A DNA stretch of 64,000 bases, from the IMG/VR virus record IMGVR_UViG_3300008261_000005; one strand, 5' to 3'. A program made the position numbers and the translations under genes. The notes under the pieces are model-generated. The model was not told the origin of the DNA, ran no database searches, and worked only from the letters and a program-made list of their open reading frames with translations. Below are positions 38,495-49,246 of the stretch, in pieces. The DNA comes from a virus. Position 1 is the first letter of the stretch, and the number at the start of each line of letters is the position of its first letter.

Positions 38495-41400
38495 ATGGCT
38501 GAATTTAAAATTGGTAGATTAAGATTTGTATGGCGCGGTGTCTGGACAATTGGTTACGACTATGTCAAAGACGACGTTGTACGTGTAGGCGGTAGTTCGT
38601 ATGTTTGCGTTACTGGGCATCAATCCAGCGGCGCTTTCAGCACTGACGCCGCAAATTGGGAAAGAATGCAAGAAGGTATTCTTTACAGAGCAGCATGGGC
38701 TCCAGCAACAATTTATGAAAACAACGACATTGTTGTATACGGTGGTATTGCGTATATTGTTACAACAGCGCATACTAGTATATCAACATTTGAACCAGCT
38801 AAGTTTTCAGTAATAGTACAAGGTTTTGATTATAAAGGTGTTTGGAGCGGCAGTAGCGTACTTTACAAGTTAAACGACTTGGTCAAATATGGCGCAAACG
38901 TTTACTTATGTACCACTAGCCACACAAGTTCAGCATCGTTTGATGCCACCAAGTTTAGTTTATTTGTACCAGGTCTTGAGTTTGAAGACGCATGGAGTAA
39001 TTCTACTACATATCAAACTGGTGATATTGTAACATATGGTGGTTACGCTTATGTGTCACAACAGAATCACAGTGGCCAAACTCCTTCTACAGCAACAGCA
39101 TACTGGGAATTATTGACAACTGGGTACAGAAACCAAGGCACTTGGAACTCAGTAACTAGTTATAAAGTTGGTGATGTAATACAGTTTGGTGGAAATACTT
39201 ACGAAGCAATTGTTGATAACAGCAACACAGTGGCAACCAATACTGGCTTTTGGAGACTAATTGTACAAGGTCTAAACTTTATTGGTAACTGGGCAACGGC
39301 TCAATCATATAGAATTGGTGATGTTGTTAATTACGGCAGCAGCAGCTATCGTGTTAAAGTATCACACACTTCAGGCAACACTGGTGCATTACGTCCAGAC
39401 TTGGACATTGGCGGAACAAACTACGGCTTGTTATCAGAAGGCGACAGCGCCGCCGTAACACTAAACCGTGGCGATTTAATTGCTCGCGGCGCAAGTGCAA
39501 ATTACAATCTTCCAGTTGGAACAGCGGGACAAGTATTACGTTCAGACGGAACAGATCCAGTATGGGCCACATTTGGTGCAAGAACAAAGGTTTATTATGT
39601 AGCACCAGGCGGTACTGATGCCGCTGGATTTGGTACAACAATTGATCGTCCTTGGGCAACTATTGCATATGCTTGTGCTAACGTAACAGGTACAGCAACT
39701 ATTAGTGTTAAAACTGGCACTTATGCCGAAGCACTTCCAATTGTAGTTCCAGCTAACGTTTCATTAGTTGGTGATGAATTACGTACAGTAATTGTTACAC
39801 CACAAAGTGGTGATGCAGCCAAAAACATGTTCTACATGAGAAACGGCTCTAACTTACGCAACATTACAATGAGTGGCTTGGTTAACACATTAGCAGCGGC
39901 TGGTGCAAGCGGAACACAACGCACACAAAGTTCATTTGTTAGTTTAGATCCTGGAACAGGCCCAAGCGATACTAATGTTTGGATTACTTCTAAGTCTCCA
40001 TATATCCAAAACTGTTCAACATTTGGTACAGGAGTATGCGGATTAAAAATTGATGGAACGTTACACAACGGCGGTAACAAATCCATGGTAGCAAACGACT
40101 TTACGCAGATTATTGATCTTGGTATTGGCGTATGGTTAAATGGTAAGGCCAAAGCAGAACTTGTTTCAGTGTTTACATATTTCTGCTACATGGGTTATTT
40201 GACAACAAACGGCGGAACAATTCGCGGTGTTAACGGTAATAACTCATACGGTACATACGGTGCTGTTTCTGAAGACGGAGATCCAACAGAAACTCCAGCA
40301 ACAGGAACTGTCAACAATCAAAACAATGAAGCACTAGTAGGCGCAGTACTAGCTGGCGGCAGTCAAGTTATTCAACTTGAAATACTAAACGGCGGTGAAG
40401 CGTATACAAGTTCATCAGTTGTTATTGCTGGCAACGGCGCTGGAGCAAATATTACAGCGCAGTATGCTAGTGGAGCAGTTTCAAGAATTGATATAAGCAA
40501 TCAAGGTTTAGACCATAAGTTTGCATTAAACAATGCACAAACTGGTACAACTACAAGTATTACACTAGGTTTAACAGACCAAACTGCAACTAACGCATAT
40601 AACGGCATGAGAATTACTCTTATTGACGGCACTGGTGTTGGACAAACCGGTATTATTAGCGCATTCAACGGCGGTACCAAAGTTGCAACTGTTACTACTG
40701 AAACTGGATCATCTGGTTGGGATCACTTGATCTCTGGTACTGCAATTGAAACAGTGTTAAATGAAACAACACGCTACAGAATTGAACCACGTGTACGTTT
40801 ATCAGGCGGAACTGCTCCAGCAGTTGAAGCTAAATTACGTGCAGTTGTTGAAGCTGGAAGTATCACAGCTATCCACATTTTAGACGGCGGTTCAGGTTAT
40901 AATGCAAGTAACTTACCAGCAATTGTTATTACAGATCCAAATGCTAGTGTACTAGCAGTTGCAACTGTTGTAGTTAAAAACGGTGCAATTACAAGATTTA
41001 CATATACTAACAGAGGAACTTCATACACTACTGCCAGCGCAACAATAACTGGTGATGGTTATGCAGACATTTTACAAACTGGCGGATTCTTAAAAGTAAA
41101 TGGATTAGTAGCAGCACCTAAAGCAGGTAGTAACCTTACAATTGCCGGTCAAACTACTACATTTAGAATTGTGGCATTCCAAGACCAAAGCGGCACAACA
41201 CCTAATATTTCTGGTACAATTCGTATTAGTCCGTTTATTAGTACAGCGCCAGCTCAAGGGGCAGTTGTTACATTTACAGAACGTTATTCAAACGTTCGTT
41301 TAACTGGACATGACTTCTTGAACATCGGTACTGGCGGACTTACAACAACCAACTATCCAGATACCCCAAGTCAATTACCAAATCAAGCAAACGAAGTTGT

Positions 41401-42085
41401 TGAATATGGCGGTGGGCGTGTGTTCTATACCAGTACTGACCAAGATGGCAACTTTAGAGTTGGTGAGCTGTTCCGAGTAGAACAAGCAACTGGTATTGCT
41501 ACATTGAACGCTGATGCGTTCAACTTGAGTGGTTTGAACGAATTGCAATTGGGTTCGGTGGCCTTAGGCGGCAGCGGCGTAAGCATTAGAGAATTTAGTG
41601 CAGACACACTAATGACCGCAGCAAGTGATGCAATTGTTCCAACTCAACGAGCTGTTAAAACATTCGTTGAAAATATTATTGGAGCTGGCGGATCAAACTT
41701 GGTTGCTAACTCAATTACTGTTGGTGGTATGACTTTAGACAGTAATGTAATTACTGCCACTGGTGCGTTAGATCTAATCCTAACAACTATTGATCCAACA
41801 GCTGGAATATTGTTTAACAGAATTCCAAGAACAAGTATTGCACCAACACTTGGTACACACTTAACAAACAAGACTTACACTGATTATACATACGCTCCAA
41901 CAATTCAAAATCTGAATTTTACAGTAAGAACTGGTAGAATTTCTTATGATGAAGAACACGCAGACTCAGCAAATACTGTGACACACACTATTGATTCTAA
42001 CACTATTAGAGATCAAGCGTATATTGGTCAAGTAAGATCCAGTTTTTCTATCAATGCTTCAGGGCATTTGATAATTACAATGTAA
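38495..42085 (+). CDS. Tail fibre/tailspike with CBM5/12-like repeats and pectin-lyase-like beta-helix (1196 aa)
   Basis: About seven W-x5-Y-x2-(G/N/D)D-x-V-x-(Y/F)G repeats, then KVYYVAPGGTD..PWATIAYAC and SPYIQNCSTFG, typical of right-handed beta-helices. Confidence 0.7.
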   Translation: MAEFKIGRLRFVWRGVWTIGYDYVKDDVVRVGGSSYVCVTGHQSSGAFSTDAANWERMQEGILYRAAWAPATIYENNDIVVYGGIAYIVTTAHTSISTFEPAKFSVIVQGFDYKGVWSGSSVLYKLNDLVKYGANVYLCTTSHTSSASFDATKFSLFVPGLEFEDAWSNSTTYQTGDIVTYGGYAYVSQQNHSGQTPSTATAYWELLTTGYRNQGTWNSVTSYKVGDVIQFGGNTYEAIVDNSNTVATNTGFWRLIVQGLNFIGNWATAQSYRIGDVVNYGSSSYRVKVSHTSGNTGALRPDLDIGGTNYGLLSEGDSAAVTLNRGDLIARGASANYNLPVGTAGQVLRSDGTDPVWATFGARTKVYYVAPGGTDAAGFGTTIDRPWATIAYACANVTGTATISVKTGTYAEALPIVVPANVSLVGDELRTVIVTPQSGDAAKNMFYMRNGSNLRNITMSGLVNTLAAAGASGTQRTQSSFVSLDPGTGPSDTNVWITSKSPYIQNCSTFGTGVCGLKIDGTLHNGGNKSMVANDFTQIIDLGIGVWLNGKAKAELVSVFTYFCYMGYLTTNGGTIRGVNGNNSYGTYGAVSEDGDPTETPATGTVNNQNNEALVGAVLAGGSQVIQLEILNGGEAYTSSSVVIAGNGAGANITAQYASGAVSRIDISNQGLDHKFALNNAQTGTTTSITLGLTDQTATNAYNGMRITLIDGTGVGQTGIISAFNGGTKVATVTTETGSSGWDHLISGTAIETVLNETTRYRIEPRVRLSGGTAPAVEAKLRAVVEAGSITAIHILDGGSGYNASNLPAIVITDPNASVLAVATVVVKNGAITRFTYTNRGTSYTTASATITGDGYADILQTGGFLKVNGLVAAPKAGSNLTIAGQTTTFRIVAFQDQSGTTPNISGTIRISPFISTAPAQGAVVTFTERYSNVRLTGHDFLNIGTGGLTTTNYPDTPSQLPNQANEVVEYGGGRVFYTSTDQDGNFRVGELFRVEQATGIATLNADAFNLSGLNELQLGSVALGGSGVSIREFSADTLMTAASDAIVPTQRAVKTFVENIIGAGGSNLVANSITVGGMTLDSNVITATGALDLILTTIDPTAGILFNRIPRTSIAPTLGTHLTNKTYTDYTYAPTIQNLNFTVRTGRISYDEEHADSANTVTHTIDSNTIRDQAYIGQVRSSFSINASGHLIITM

Positions 42086-42101
42086 GAATTAAGGACTCGA
42101 T

Positions 42102-44207
42102 ATGACAACAACAGCTTTAGGAACAACAAGATTCGTTAAACAAGGTGTATACAGCATAAGTGCTGTATACTATGCAGACGATGTGGTGTTGTACAACGGT
42201 AAATGGTACCTGTGTACAGCAACTACAACTGCGGGAACACTGCCAACAGATGTGACCAAATTTACAGAATGGCAAGCAGCATTCAACTGGAGAGGCACTC
42301 ACAACAACGCCGCTACAGCATACGCAGTTGGTGATATTGTAAAATACACAACTTCATTTACTACTGGTACAACAAACGCTGGTACGTTTACTAGAACCGC
42401 AACTCACGTTTACAGATGTATTTTGGCGCACACTAGTAATAGTACATCTACATTCTTACCAATTGCTGCTACATATTGGGTTGCAGTAAGTTTAAACTCT
42501 TACAATGACGGTACTGTTAGCTTAGTTAACAACAACATCACTGAATCTTGGGGTGTACAAGGCCAAAGTACAGACAAGGGCATTGCATTTGCCAACTATG
42601 GTCGTATAGGTGAAACAGAAACTCCTTACGCAAAAGGTAATAACAAATGCCAAGGAATGATGTATGATCGCAGTGGGTTTATCACACAAAACGGTCAGTG
42701 GCGTACATGGGGACTGAATACTAACAGCTGCCAACCAAACAATTTGAATGTTGGCCCACATTCTGAAACATTTAGTTTTTACTTTAATGACTGGTTCCGT
42801 TCTACAAGTAATGGCGGCGCTGGTGTACACTCTACACCAGATAATAAAATCCCTCGCATAGTTCAAGTTGAAACAGGATGGGATTGGTGGTGCATATTGT
42901 TCAACAATGGTGAAGTTTATCATGGAGGCCAAGGCACTTCTGGTGAATCAGGTGATCGAAGCAACAGTAATAGAAACGTTGCCCGAGTTGGTGGCACATA
43001 CACTGAAACAGCAGTAGCATTAAACACATCTACACACTTGTTTAGAAACGTTCGTATTAAGAGAATTAGCTGCTCTGGCGGCGAACGAGGCGCAACGACA
43101 CATCATTGCATGGCATTGGATGAAGACGGCCAAGTATGGACTTGGGGCTATAATGGTTATGGACAGTTAGGTGATAACTCGACAACCAACCGTAATATTC
43201 CTACACTAATTAGTAGAGCGTTCTTTGGTCTAGTAAGCCCGCAAAAAGTTACAGCTATTTGGGCTGCTGGCGGTGAGTATGGATATTGTTTTGCACTAAC
43301 GGATCAAAATACATTTTTTGCTTGGGGATATAACGGCTACGGATCATTGGGTTTAGGTAATACCACTAATCGAAGTATTCCAGCTGAAGTTACCACACAG
43401 GTTTGGACAGAAGCTGGAGTAGGCACAATTAGAAAACTTGTGACTTGTGACACATACTCAAGCACTCCGTTTAGTAGCACAGCAATTTTAACCAGCAAGG
43501 GAAATATTTACGTAGCGGGTTATAATGCAAGCGGTGCATTTATGTTGAACAACACGAGCCAACAGAACTCGTTTACACAAGTAACATCTGGACCAGGATC
43601 AAGTGGAACTGCTAATGATGTGTGGTTAGTTTCAGGCCAATATCCTACAATGTATGTTACAGACATTGCAAGTAAAAAATTATGGGCAGCTGGAGCAAAC
43701 AATGCTAGCCAAATGGGCACGTTGTCAACCAGCGTGACACAATATAGTACAGCACAAGAGTGTTTTAAAAATATTGGCGGCGTTGATTCGGCATTAACAG
43801 GCGTTATAAAATTAACAGCAATGGGTAGTCAAAATACTGGCGTTAACACAAACGTTATTGTAGTAACTGAAAATGGTCTAAGTTTTGCAGCTGGAAAAAA
43901 TAGTCATGGTGTACTAAGTTTAGGTTGGTCAGGCACATATCACTATTCAACACTTGACGGAAATGGTAGAGAAGGTATGGGATCAAGAGCGTTCCAAATG
44001 GTTAAGATGCCACCTGCATTAATGGGTCAAGTAGCAGACGTACAATTACAGGGTTACAGTGATGGATCATCAACTACGTACACTCGAGGCACTTGGATAG
44101 ATAGAAGTGGTCGTGTTTATCAGTCTGGTTATAACAGTTCACTAAGCATAACTGGTAACGTGTATGGTCACCACCACAATTTGATGCACCCGGTCATCAC
44201 AAGTTAA
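42102..44207 (+). CDS. RCC1/BLIP-II-like beta-propeller tail protein 1 (701 aa)
   Basis: GQVWTWGYNGYGQLGD and FFAWGYNGYGSLGLG repeats after an N-terminal W/Y module. Confidence 0.8.
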   Translation: MTTTALGTTRFVKQGVYSISAVYYADDVVLYNGKWYLCTATTTAGTLPTDVTKFTEWQAAFNWRGTHNNAATAYAVGDIVKYTTSFTTGTTNAGTFTRTATHVYRCILAHTSNSTSTFLPIAATYWVAVSLNSYNDGTVSLVNNNITESWGVQGQSTDKGIAFANYGRIGETETPYAKGNNKCQGMMYDRSGFITQNGQWRTWGLNTNSCQPNNLNVGPHSETFSFYFNDWFRSTSNGGAGVHSTPDNKIPRIVQVETGWDWWCILFNNGEVYHGGQGTSGESGDRSNSNRNVARVGGTYTETAVALNTSTHLFRNVRIKRISCSGGERGATTHHCMALDEDGQVWTWGYNGYGQLGDNSTTNRNIPTLISRAFFGLVSPQKVTAIWAAGGEYGYCFALTDQNTFFAWGYNGYGSLGLGNTTNRSIPAEVTTQVWTEAGVGTIRKLVTCDTYSSTPFSSTAILTSKGNIYVAGYNASGAFMLNNTSQQNSFTQVTSGPGSSGTANDVWLVSGQYPTMYVTDIASKKLWAAGANNASQMGTLSTSVTQYSTAQECFKNIGGVDSALTGVIKLTAMGSQNTGVNTNVIVVTENGLSFAAGKNSHGVLSLGWSGTYHYSTLDGNGREGMGSRAFQMVKMPPALMGQVADVQLQGYSDGSSTTYTRGTWIDRSGRVYQSGYNSSLSITGNVYGHHHNLMHPVITS

Positions 44208-44219
44208 AAGGAAAATAAA

Positions 44220-46622
44220 ATGGCAATATTAGATCTTGGAAAAATTAAACTGTTGTGGCGCGGAGCTTGGGCTTCTGGCACAGCATATGAAAGGGACGAC
44301 GTTGTTTATAGTAACGGGTCTGTATGGATTTGCAAGCAAACACATGCAGCGTCAATTTCAGGTGAAGGACTTAATCGTCTAGCACCAGCAAAAAGACTTA
44401 GACAAAGTGCTTACGGAGCAATTTTTGATCCGCAACAGCCAACAGTAATTTATCATGTGATAAAGTCGGGTGGTAAGTTCTTTTTAAATGGCAGATTAAA
44501 TCCTAGCATTGCACTACAAAAAGGTCATAAATATCGATTTTATGTTAGTGCAACAACAATGGCCAGTGTTAACTTTAGATTTGCAACTAGTCTTGACGGC
44601 ACAACTTATACCACTGGAGTAACAACTAGTGGAACACCTGGACAAAACGGTGCATACGTTGAAATTACAGTGCCAATTGATGCTCCAAACACACTATACT
44701 ATAAACAAGATGGCACAGCAGGCATAGCTGATACTGCTACCATTACAATCTCTCCTATTTGGCAAGGTTGGCAATATTGGGAAGAAATCAGCAGCGGCAT
44801 GAAATTTGCTGGTGTATGGTCTAACTCCACACAATATTACAGAAACGATGTAGTTGTATGGGACGGATCAATGTACATTGCAGATGCTGACAGCAGTGGA
44901 GAAATTCCTGATACAGTACAAAACAATCGAGCAGCATTTATTGATTGGACTGGACAACAAAGTACACAACGTAACAATCACGTATGGAGATTACTAGCTG
45001 GTAATCAAGTTAAACGTAGATCAGACAACGCCATGTGGTTACCAAATCAAGGACCAATTAACTGGCCTTATTTGCATAATGATGACTTGTCCGCAACTGC
45101 ATATAGAAAAACATTTTATATTTCTTCAACAGGAAGAGTATACGGCTTAGGCATGGGAACCAGTAACAACAACGGATATTATACAAGTCAAGGCGGCTTC
45201 ATCAGCTACTTCACAGAAGTGAACTTTCAGTGGTATGACTGGTACAAGTCACTGGACGCAGTCAACAGCGACGGCGGTACAGGACCACGTATGGAAGCAG
45301 ACTTTAATCCAGCAAACGGATATAATAGACTGTACAACCGTTCAGGAGAACCGCCAAAGTGTATTCAAATTGAACAAAATCATGACTCTACATTTTTCTT
45401 GTTTGACAACGGAGAATTATGGGGCATTGGTTACAACGGCCAAGGTAACAGAGGTAACGGATTTACATCGGGTAGTACAAGACCACAACGTGTTATGAAC
45501 TTGAACGATCGAAAAATTATCAAAGTCTCCATGTCAAAAGGCAAGGAAAATTCAACACATCATTGTATGGCTTTGGATAGTGAAGGTGATGTATGGACTT
45601 GGGGTTATAACGGTTACGGACAATTGGGACGTGGTACAACCACCAACGGTTACAGCCCACGTAGAATACCAAGAGAATATTTTGGTGGTGAAGAAATTAT
45701 TGACATACTAGCAACTGGTATGCAATACGGTTCTAGCTACGTTAGAACAAAAAGCAACAACTTTTATTCATGGGGTTACAATGGGTACGGTCAATTAGGT
45801 ATTGGCGACTCTACTGATCGTTATAAACCAACAAAGATTTTAGCATTCAATCCAGTGACAGCTGGCGGCGTATTGAAGTTTGCTGCTAGCGGACAAAGTA
45901 CACTGTCGTTCCACGTATTAGATGGTAATGGATATATGTGGCATGCCGGCTATAACGCACACGGGACTGCATTAAATGCCAGTACAACCAATAATACTAC
46001 ATTGGCAAGAAGTGTTACGGCCCCAACTGCTGGCACTACAGTTAACTTTTGGGCAGATTCTCCGGGATCAAGTGATAATTACAATATGATTTATATGCGC
46101 ACTACTAACGGTAATACATATTTTGCAGGTTATAACGCAGCTTATTATTTCTCAGGTATTGGCAATCAAACAAGCCCACAAACAAGCCCAGTACTAGTTC
46201 CTAATGCTACCAATTTGAAAAAGGTATTTTTGCGAGCTTCGCACAGCAATCGAATCACAGCTTTTGCAATATCTGATAGAGGTGAACTATGGTGTAATGG
46301 TTACAGTAACTATAGTAGACATGGCAACGAGTACGGTAGTAATTCGACACAACAAGACGGTACCAATTACTATTGGTTTAGAATGGCAATCCCAGCTGGT
46401 ACAAAGGTAATTGACGCAATAATTCACGACGCAGATTCAACTACTAACTATTACGGAACCAATAACTATTGGTTGTGTGATAACGGTACAATTTATGGAA
46501 ACGGATTTGCTGGAGTATATCAAGAGCAAAACAGTTTCTTGATGGGTAATCAAAGAAATACTTGGCAAAGTCCAGGTAACATACTATATCCAATGCAAAT
46601 ATCCCGTGGATATTCAAATTAA
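44220..46622 (+). CDS. RCC1-like beta-propeller tail protein 2 (800 aa)
   Basis: GDVWTWGYNGYGQLGRG and FYSWGYNGYGQLGIG repeats; a degenerate cupredoxin-like module near the N-terminus. Confidence 0.8.
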   Translation: MAILDLGKIKLLWRGAWASGTAYERDDVVYSNGSVWICKQTHAASISGEGLNRLAPAKRLRQSAYGAIFDPQQPTVIYHVIKSGGKFFLNGRLNPSIALQKGHKYRFYVSATTMASVNFRFATSLDGTTYTTGVTTSGTPGQNGAYVEITVPIDAPNTLYYKQDGTAGIADTATITISPIWQGWQYWEEISSGMKFAGVWSNSTQYYRNDVVVWDGSMYIADADSSGEIPDTVQNNRAAFIDWTGQQSTQRNNHVWRLLAGNQVKRRSDNAMWLPNQGPINWPYLHNDDLSATAYRKTFYISSTGRVYGLGMGTSNNNGYYTSQGGFISYFTEVNFQWYDWYKSLDAVNSDGGTGPRMEADFNPANGYNRLYNRSGEPPKCIQIEQNHDSTFFLFDNGELWGIGYNGQGNRGNGFTSGSTRPQRVMNLNDRKIIKVSMSKGKENSTHHCMALDSEGDVWTWGYNGYGQLGRGTTTNGYSPRRIPREYFGGEEIIDILATGMQYGSSYVRTKSNNFYSWGYNGYGQLGIGDSTDRYKPTKILAFNPVTAGGVLKFAASGQSTLSFHVLDGNGYMWHAGYNAHGTALNASTTNNTTLARSVTAPTAGTTVNFWADSPGSSDNYNMIYMRTTNGNTYFAGYNAAYYFSGIGNQTSPQTSPVLVPNATNLKKVFLRASHSNRITAFAISDRGELWCNGYSNYSRHGNEYGSNSTQQDGTNYYWFRMAIPAGTKVIDAIIHDADSTTNYYGTNNYWLCDNGTIYGNGFAGVYQEQNSFLMGNQRNTWQSPGNILYPMQISRGYSN

Positions 46623-46639
46623 TTTAACAGGAGTCTAAC

Positions 46640-47068
46640 ATGACATATAAAATTTTTAGTTTCGTAGAAAAAGCAGAAGTAACAAACCCCGAGTTTGTAA
46701 AAGAAGATAACACACGTCTTGATGACGTTGTACAATTGGGAACACCCGACGGAGTTACACATTACTTTAGTATTGACACGTCAAACGTCACAATTGATGC
46801 AGATCCCTCATCAGAAGCAAAGACATATGATTTTAGTAAAGAAGCAGATGTTGCAGCAATTAAATCAGTTGTTAACAAATTGATCACAGTGACAAACAAA
46901 ATAGATGCGATTGAAAAGAAAGCAATTTCAAACCACACATTGTATAGCGTTGCGTTGGCATTAGCTAATGAAAATGCAGAATTTGTTGCAACATTGGCAG
47001 CAGCAGAAGCTGAGAAAGACGCAATGCTACAAGGATTAGGTCTGCCTGGCACAAGCATTTTAGCATAA
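46640..47068 (+). CDS. Possible fibre assembly chaperone (142 aa)
   Basis: Small gene with AGGAG SD between propeller genes; helical C-terminus. Function inferred from position only. Confidence 0.5.
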   Translation: MTYKIFSFVEKAEVTNPEFVKEDNTRLDDVVQLGTPDGVTHYFSIDTSNVTIDADPSSEAKTYDFSKEADVAAIKSVVNKLITVTNKIDAIEKKAISNHTLYSVALALANENAEFVATLAAAEAEKDAMLQGLGLPGTSILA

Positions 47069-47081
47069 TAAGGACAATAAA

Positions 47082-49232
47082 ATGAGTTCTATAGATATTA
47101 CAAAATTACGAAATAGATGGTTGGGCATTTGGAGCCCAAGCACTCAATACGTGACTAATGATGTAGTTCAGTGGAGAGGATCTAGTTACGTTTGTATCAG
47201 AGATCTTCCAGCAGAACAGATCATTGTTGCAGACACTGGCGTTAGCACAAACATGTATCAGTCTATCCCACCAACACTGACGTTTAGATCTATAGATCCT
47301 ACGGATACAACTTATTGGGTAGATATGGCTCCTGGTATGTCATTTAGACGTACATGGGCTCCAAGAACCACATACACCACTGGTGATATTGTTGAGCTTG
47401 GTGGAGATTTATATATTTGTATCTTAGGCGGAATTAGAAATACTTACGTCTTAGACACTAGGTATTGGACAAAGATTTTTGAAGGCGCTGACCGTGACCA
47501 ACGCTACACAACAGCAGATTTCATGAATCAACAACCATTGGGTTGGACACGCAATATGGGTGATGTAGGCTTTCAAGGTGGCAATGCTGGCTGGTGCCAC
47601 GGATTTATATCCCACCAAGGCAACTGCTATATTGGCGGTTATCTACAGCAAGGCACTGGTACTGGTCAAAATATGGTCAATACATATGGTCATTCAGGTT
47701 GGAAAACACCGTGTTTTAGTTTTGTTGACTGGTTGTTGAGTACAGATAACGGCGGCAGCGGCACATTTACTACACCTGACGGCCTTGGTCCAAGAGTTAT
47801 CCAATGGGTCCACAATGGCTCCAGCACCAACAACTACGGTAATAGTTTGTGGGTTATGAACAACGGAGAGTTATATTCTTCTGGATATAATGCTCAAGGA
47901 CAATTGGGTGTTGCAACCAGCGACACAACAACTCGCAACTGGCCAGTTCGTGTTACTAACTCATCTTTAACTGATTGGTGGGGGAATACAATTCCTAAAA
48001 GTTTTAATGATACAAAAATTATTAAAGCTGCACAGTCAAGTCAAGGTTTGTATGATACTGATGCTAACTCATGCTTTGCATTGGGCGATGACGGAAGTCT
48101 TTGGGCATGGGGTTATAATGCATATGGACAATTAGGATTAGGTCCTAACCAAGCAGCAACCAACAGTATTGGTACTGGAGAAACTAACCAAACACAACCA
48201 CAACGTATTCCACAAAGTTTCTTTGATCATAAGAAAATTGTTGACATATATTCACGCGGCGGAAACTATGCTTGGAACTTTGCAGTAGACGAAGACGGTT
48301 ATTTATGGGGGTGGGGAGTTGATATGCGCGGCGCATTAGGACTTGCAGATCGTCATGCCAGCGTAGTGGCCAGTGCTTTGAATAGACAGTACACTCCAGT
48401 GCGTATTGGCATTGATTGGAGCAAGCACGGCGGTATTAAGAAAATTCTCATGGGCGGACAACAAGCTGGTACATATCAGTGGGCATTTATCTTAGACGGT
48501 AACGGCTACTTGTGGACTTCAGGCGAGTACGTTAACAACGGACAAAACAGACTGTACAACATGTCCAACTATACCACCAGTGAACGTAGTGCTAAATTTA
48601 CCCGTATGGATAAAAACTGGTATAGCGAGCACAGTATTGAAAACTTCTGGGTTGTTGGATCTGATGACTGGAACATTATCATTAGAGAAAAAGGCACTGG
48701 ATTAACCTACATTTGGGGCGCCAACGAGTTTGGTCATTTAGGAAGTTCAGCAAATCATCGTTATAGCGGCTCAGGGTATACAATGATGCCAACAGCAGTT
48801 CGTGGAGTTCGTTATGTTAAAGATGCAACGCCAACACACTGCGGCAACACTGGAGCAACCACATTTTTAGTTGTAACTGATGACGGTGAAGTTTGGGGCA
48901 TGGGAGATAATGGCTATGGCAGTTTAGCGTGGGGAAGTGCCGGCGATGATAGTCCGTGGAACACTGAAACAGAAGACAACGGATCTAATAACTACTGGCG
49001 CAGAGCATTGCTACCACCAGGCACAACAATTAGTGGTGTATACGGTTTCGGTCACTCTGGCTATGACGGTTCAATGTTTATAACTGACACTGGTGGGTAT
49101 ATGCTAGCAGGGTTTGACGGTACTGATGGCTATCACTCAATTCAAGGGCACATTAATACGACTGCATATAGAGACACCGCTGGTAACAGTGGAGCCAATC
49201 ATTGGTACACAATGCACAGTTACCCAGGTTAA
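47082..49232 (+). CDS. RCC1-like beta-propeller tail protein 3 (716 aa)
   Basis: SSGYNAQGQLG, WAWGYNAYGQLGLG and WGMGDNGYGSL repeats. Confidence 0.8.
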   Translation: MSSIDITKLRNRWLGIWSPSTQYVTNDVVQWRGSSYVCIRDLPAEQIIVADTGVSTNMYQSIPPTLTFRSIDPTDTTYWVDMAPGMSFRRTWAPRTTYTTGDIVELGGDLYICILGGIRNTYVLDTRYWTKIFEGADRDQRYTTADFMNQQPLGWTRNMGDVGFQGGNAGWCHGFISHQGNCYIGGYLQQGTGTGQNMVNTYGHSGWKTPCFSFVDWLLSTDNGGSGTFTTPDGLGPRVIQWVHNGSSTNNYGNSLWVMNNGELYSSGYNAQGQLGVATSDTTTRNWPVRVTNSSLTDWWGNTIPKSFNDTKIIKAAQSSQGLYDTDANSCFALGDDGSLWAWGYNAYGQLGLGPNQAATNSIGTGETNQTQPQRIPQSFFDHKKIVDIYSRGGNYAWNFAVDEDGYLWGWGVDMRGALGLADRHASVVASALNRQYTPVRIGIDWSKHGGIKKILMGGQQAGTYQWAFILDGNGYLWTSGEYVNNGQNRLYNMSNYTTSERSAKFTRMDKNWYSEHSIENFWVVGSDDWNIIIREKGTGLTYIWGANEFGHLGSSANHRYSGSGYTMMPTAVRGVRYVKDATPTHCGNTGATTFLVVTDDGEVWGMGDNGYGSLAWGSAGDDSPWNTETEDNGSNNYWRRALLPPGTTISGVYGFGHSGYDGSMFITDTGGYMLAGFDGTDGYHSIQGHINTTAYRDTAGNSGANHWYTMHSYPG

Positions 49233-49246
49233 TTTAAAAGGTCAAA

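Noticed and set aside
43099-45628. 73-nt near-repeat between RCC1 genes (43099-43171 vs 45556-45628, 59/73 identical) as a DGR template/variable pair
   Set aside because: Both copies are coding, mismatches are largely synonymous and not adenine-specific, and there is no reverse transcriptase in the window. It is ordinary paralogy.
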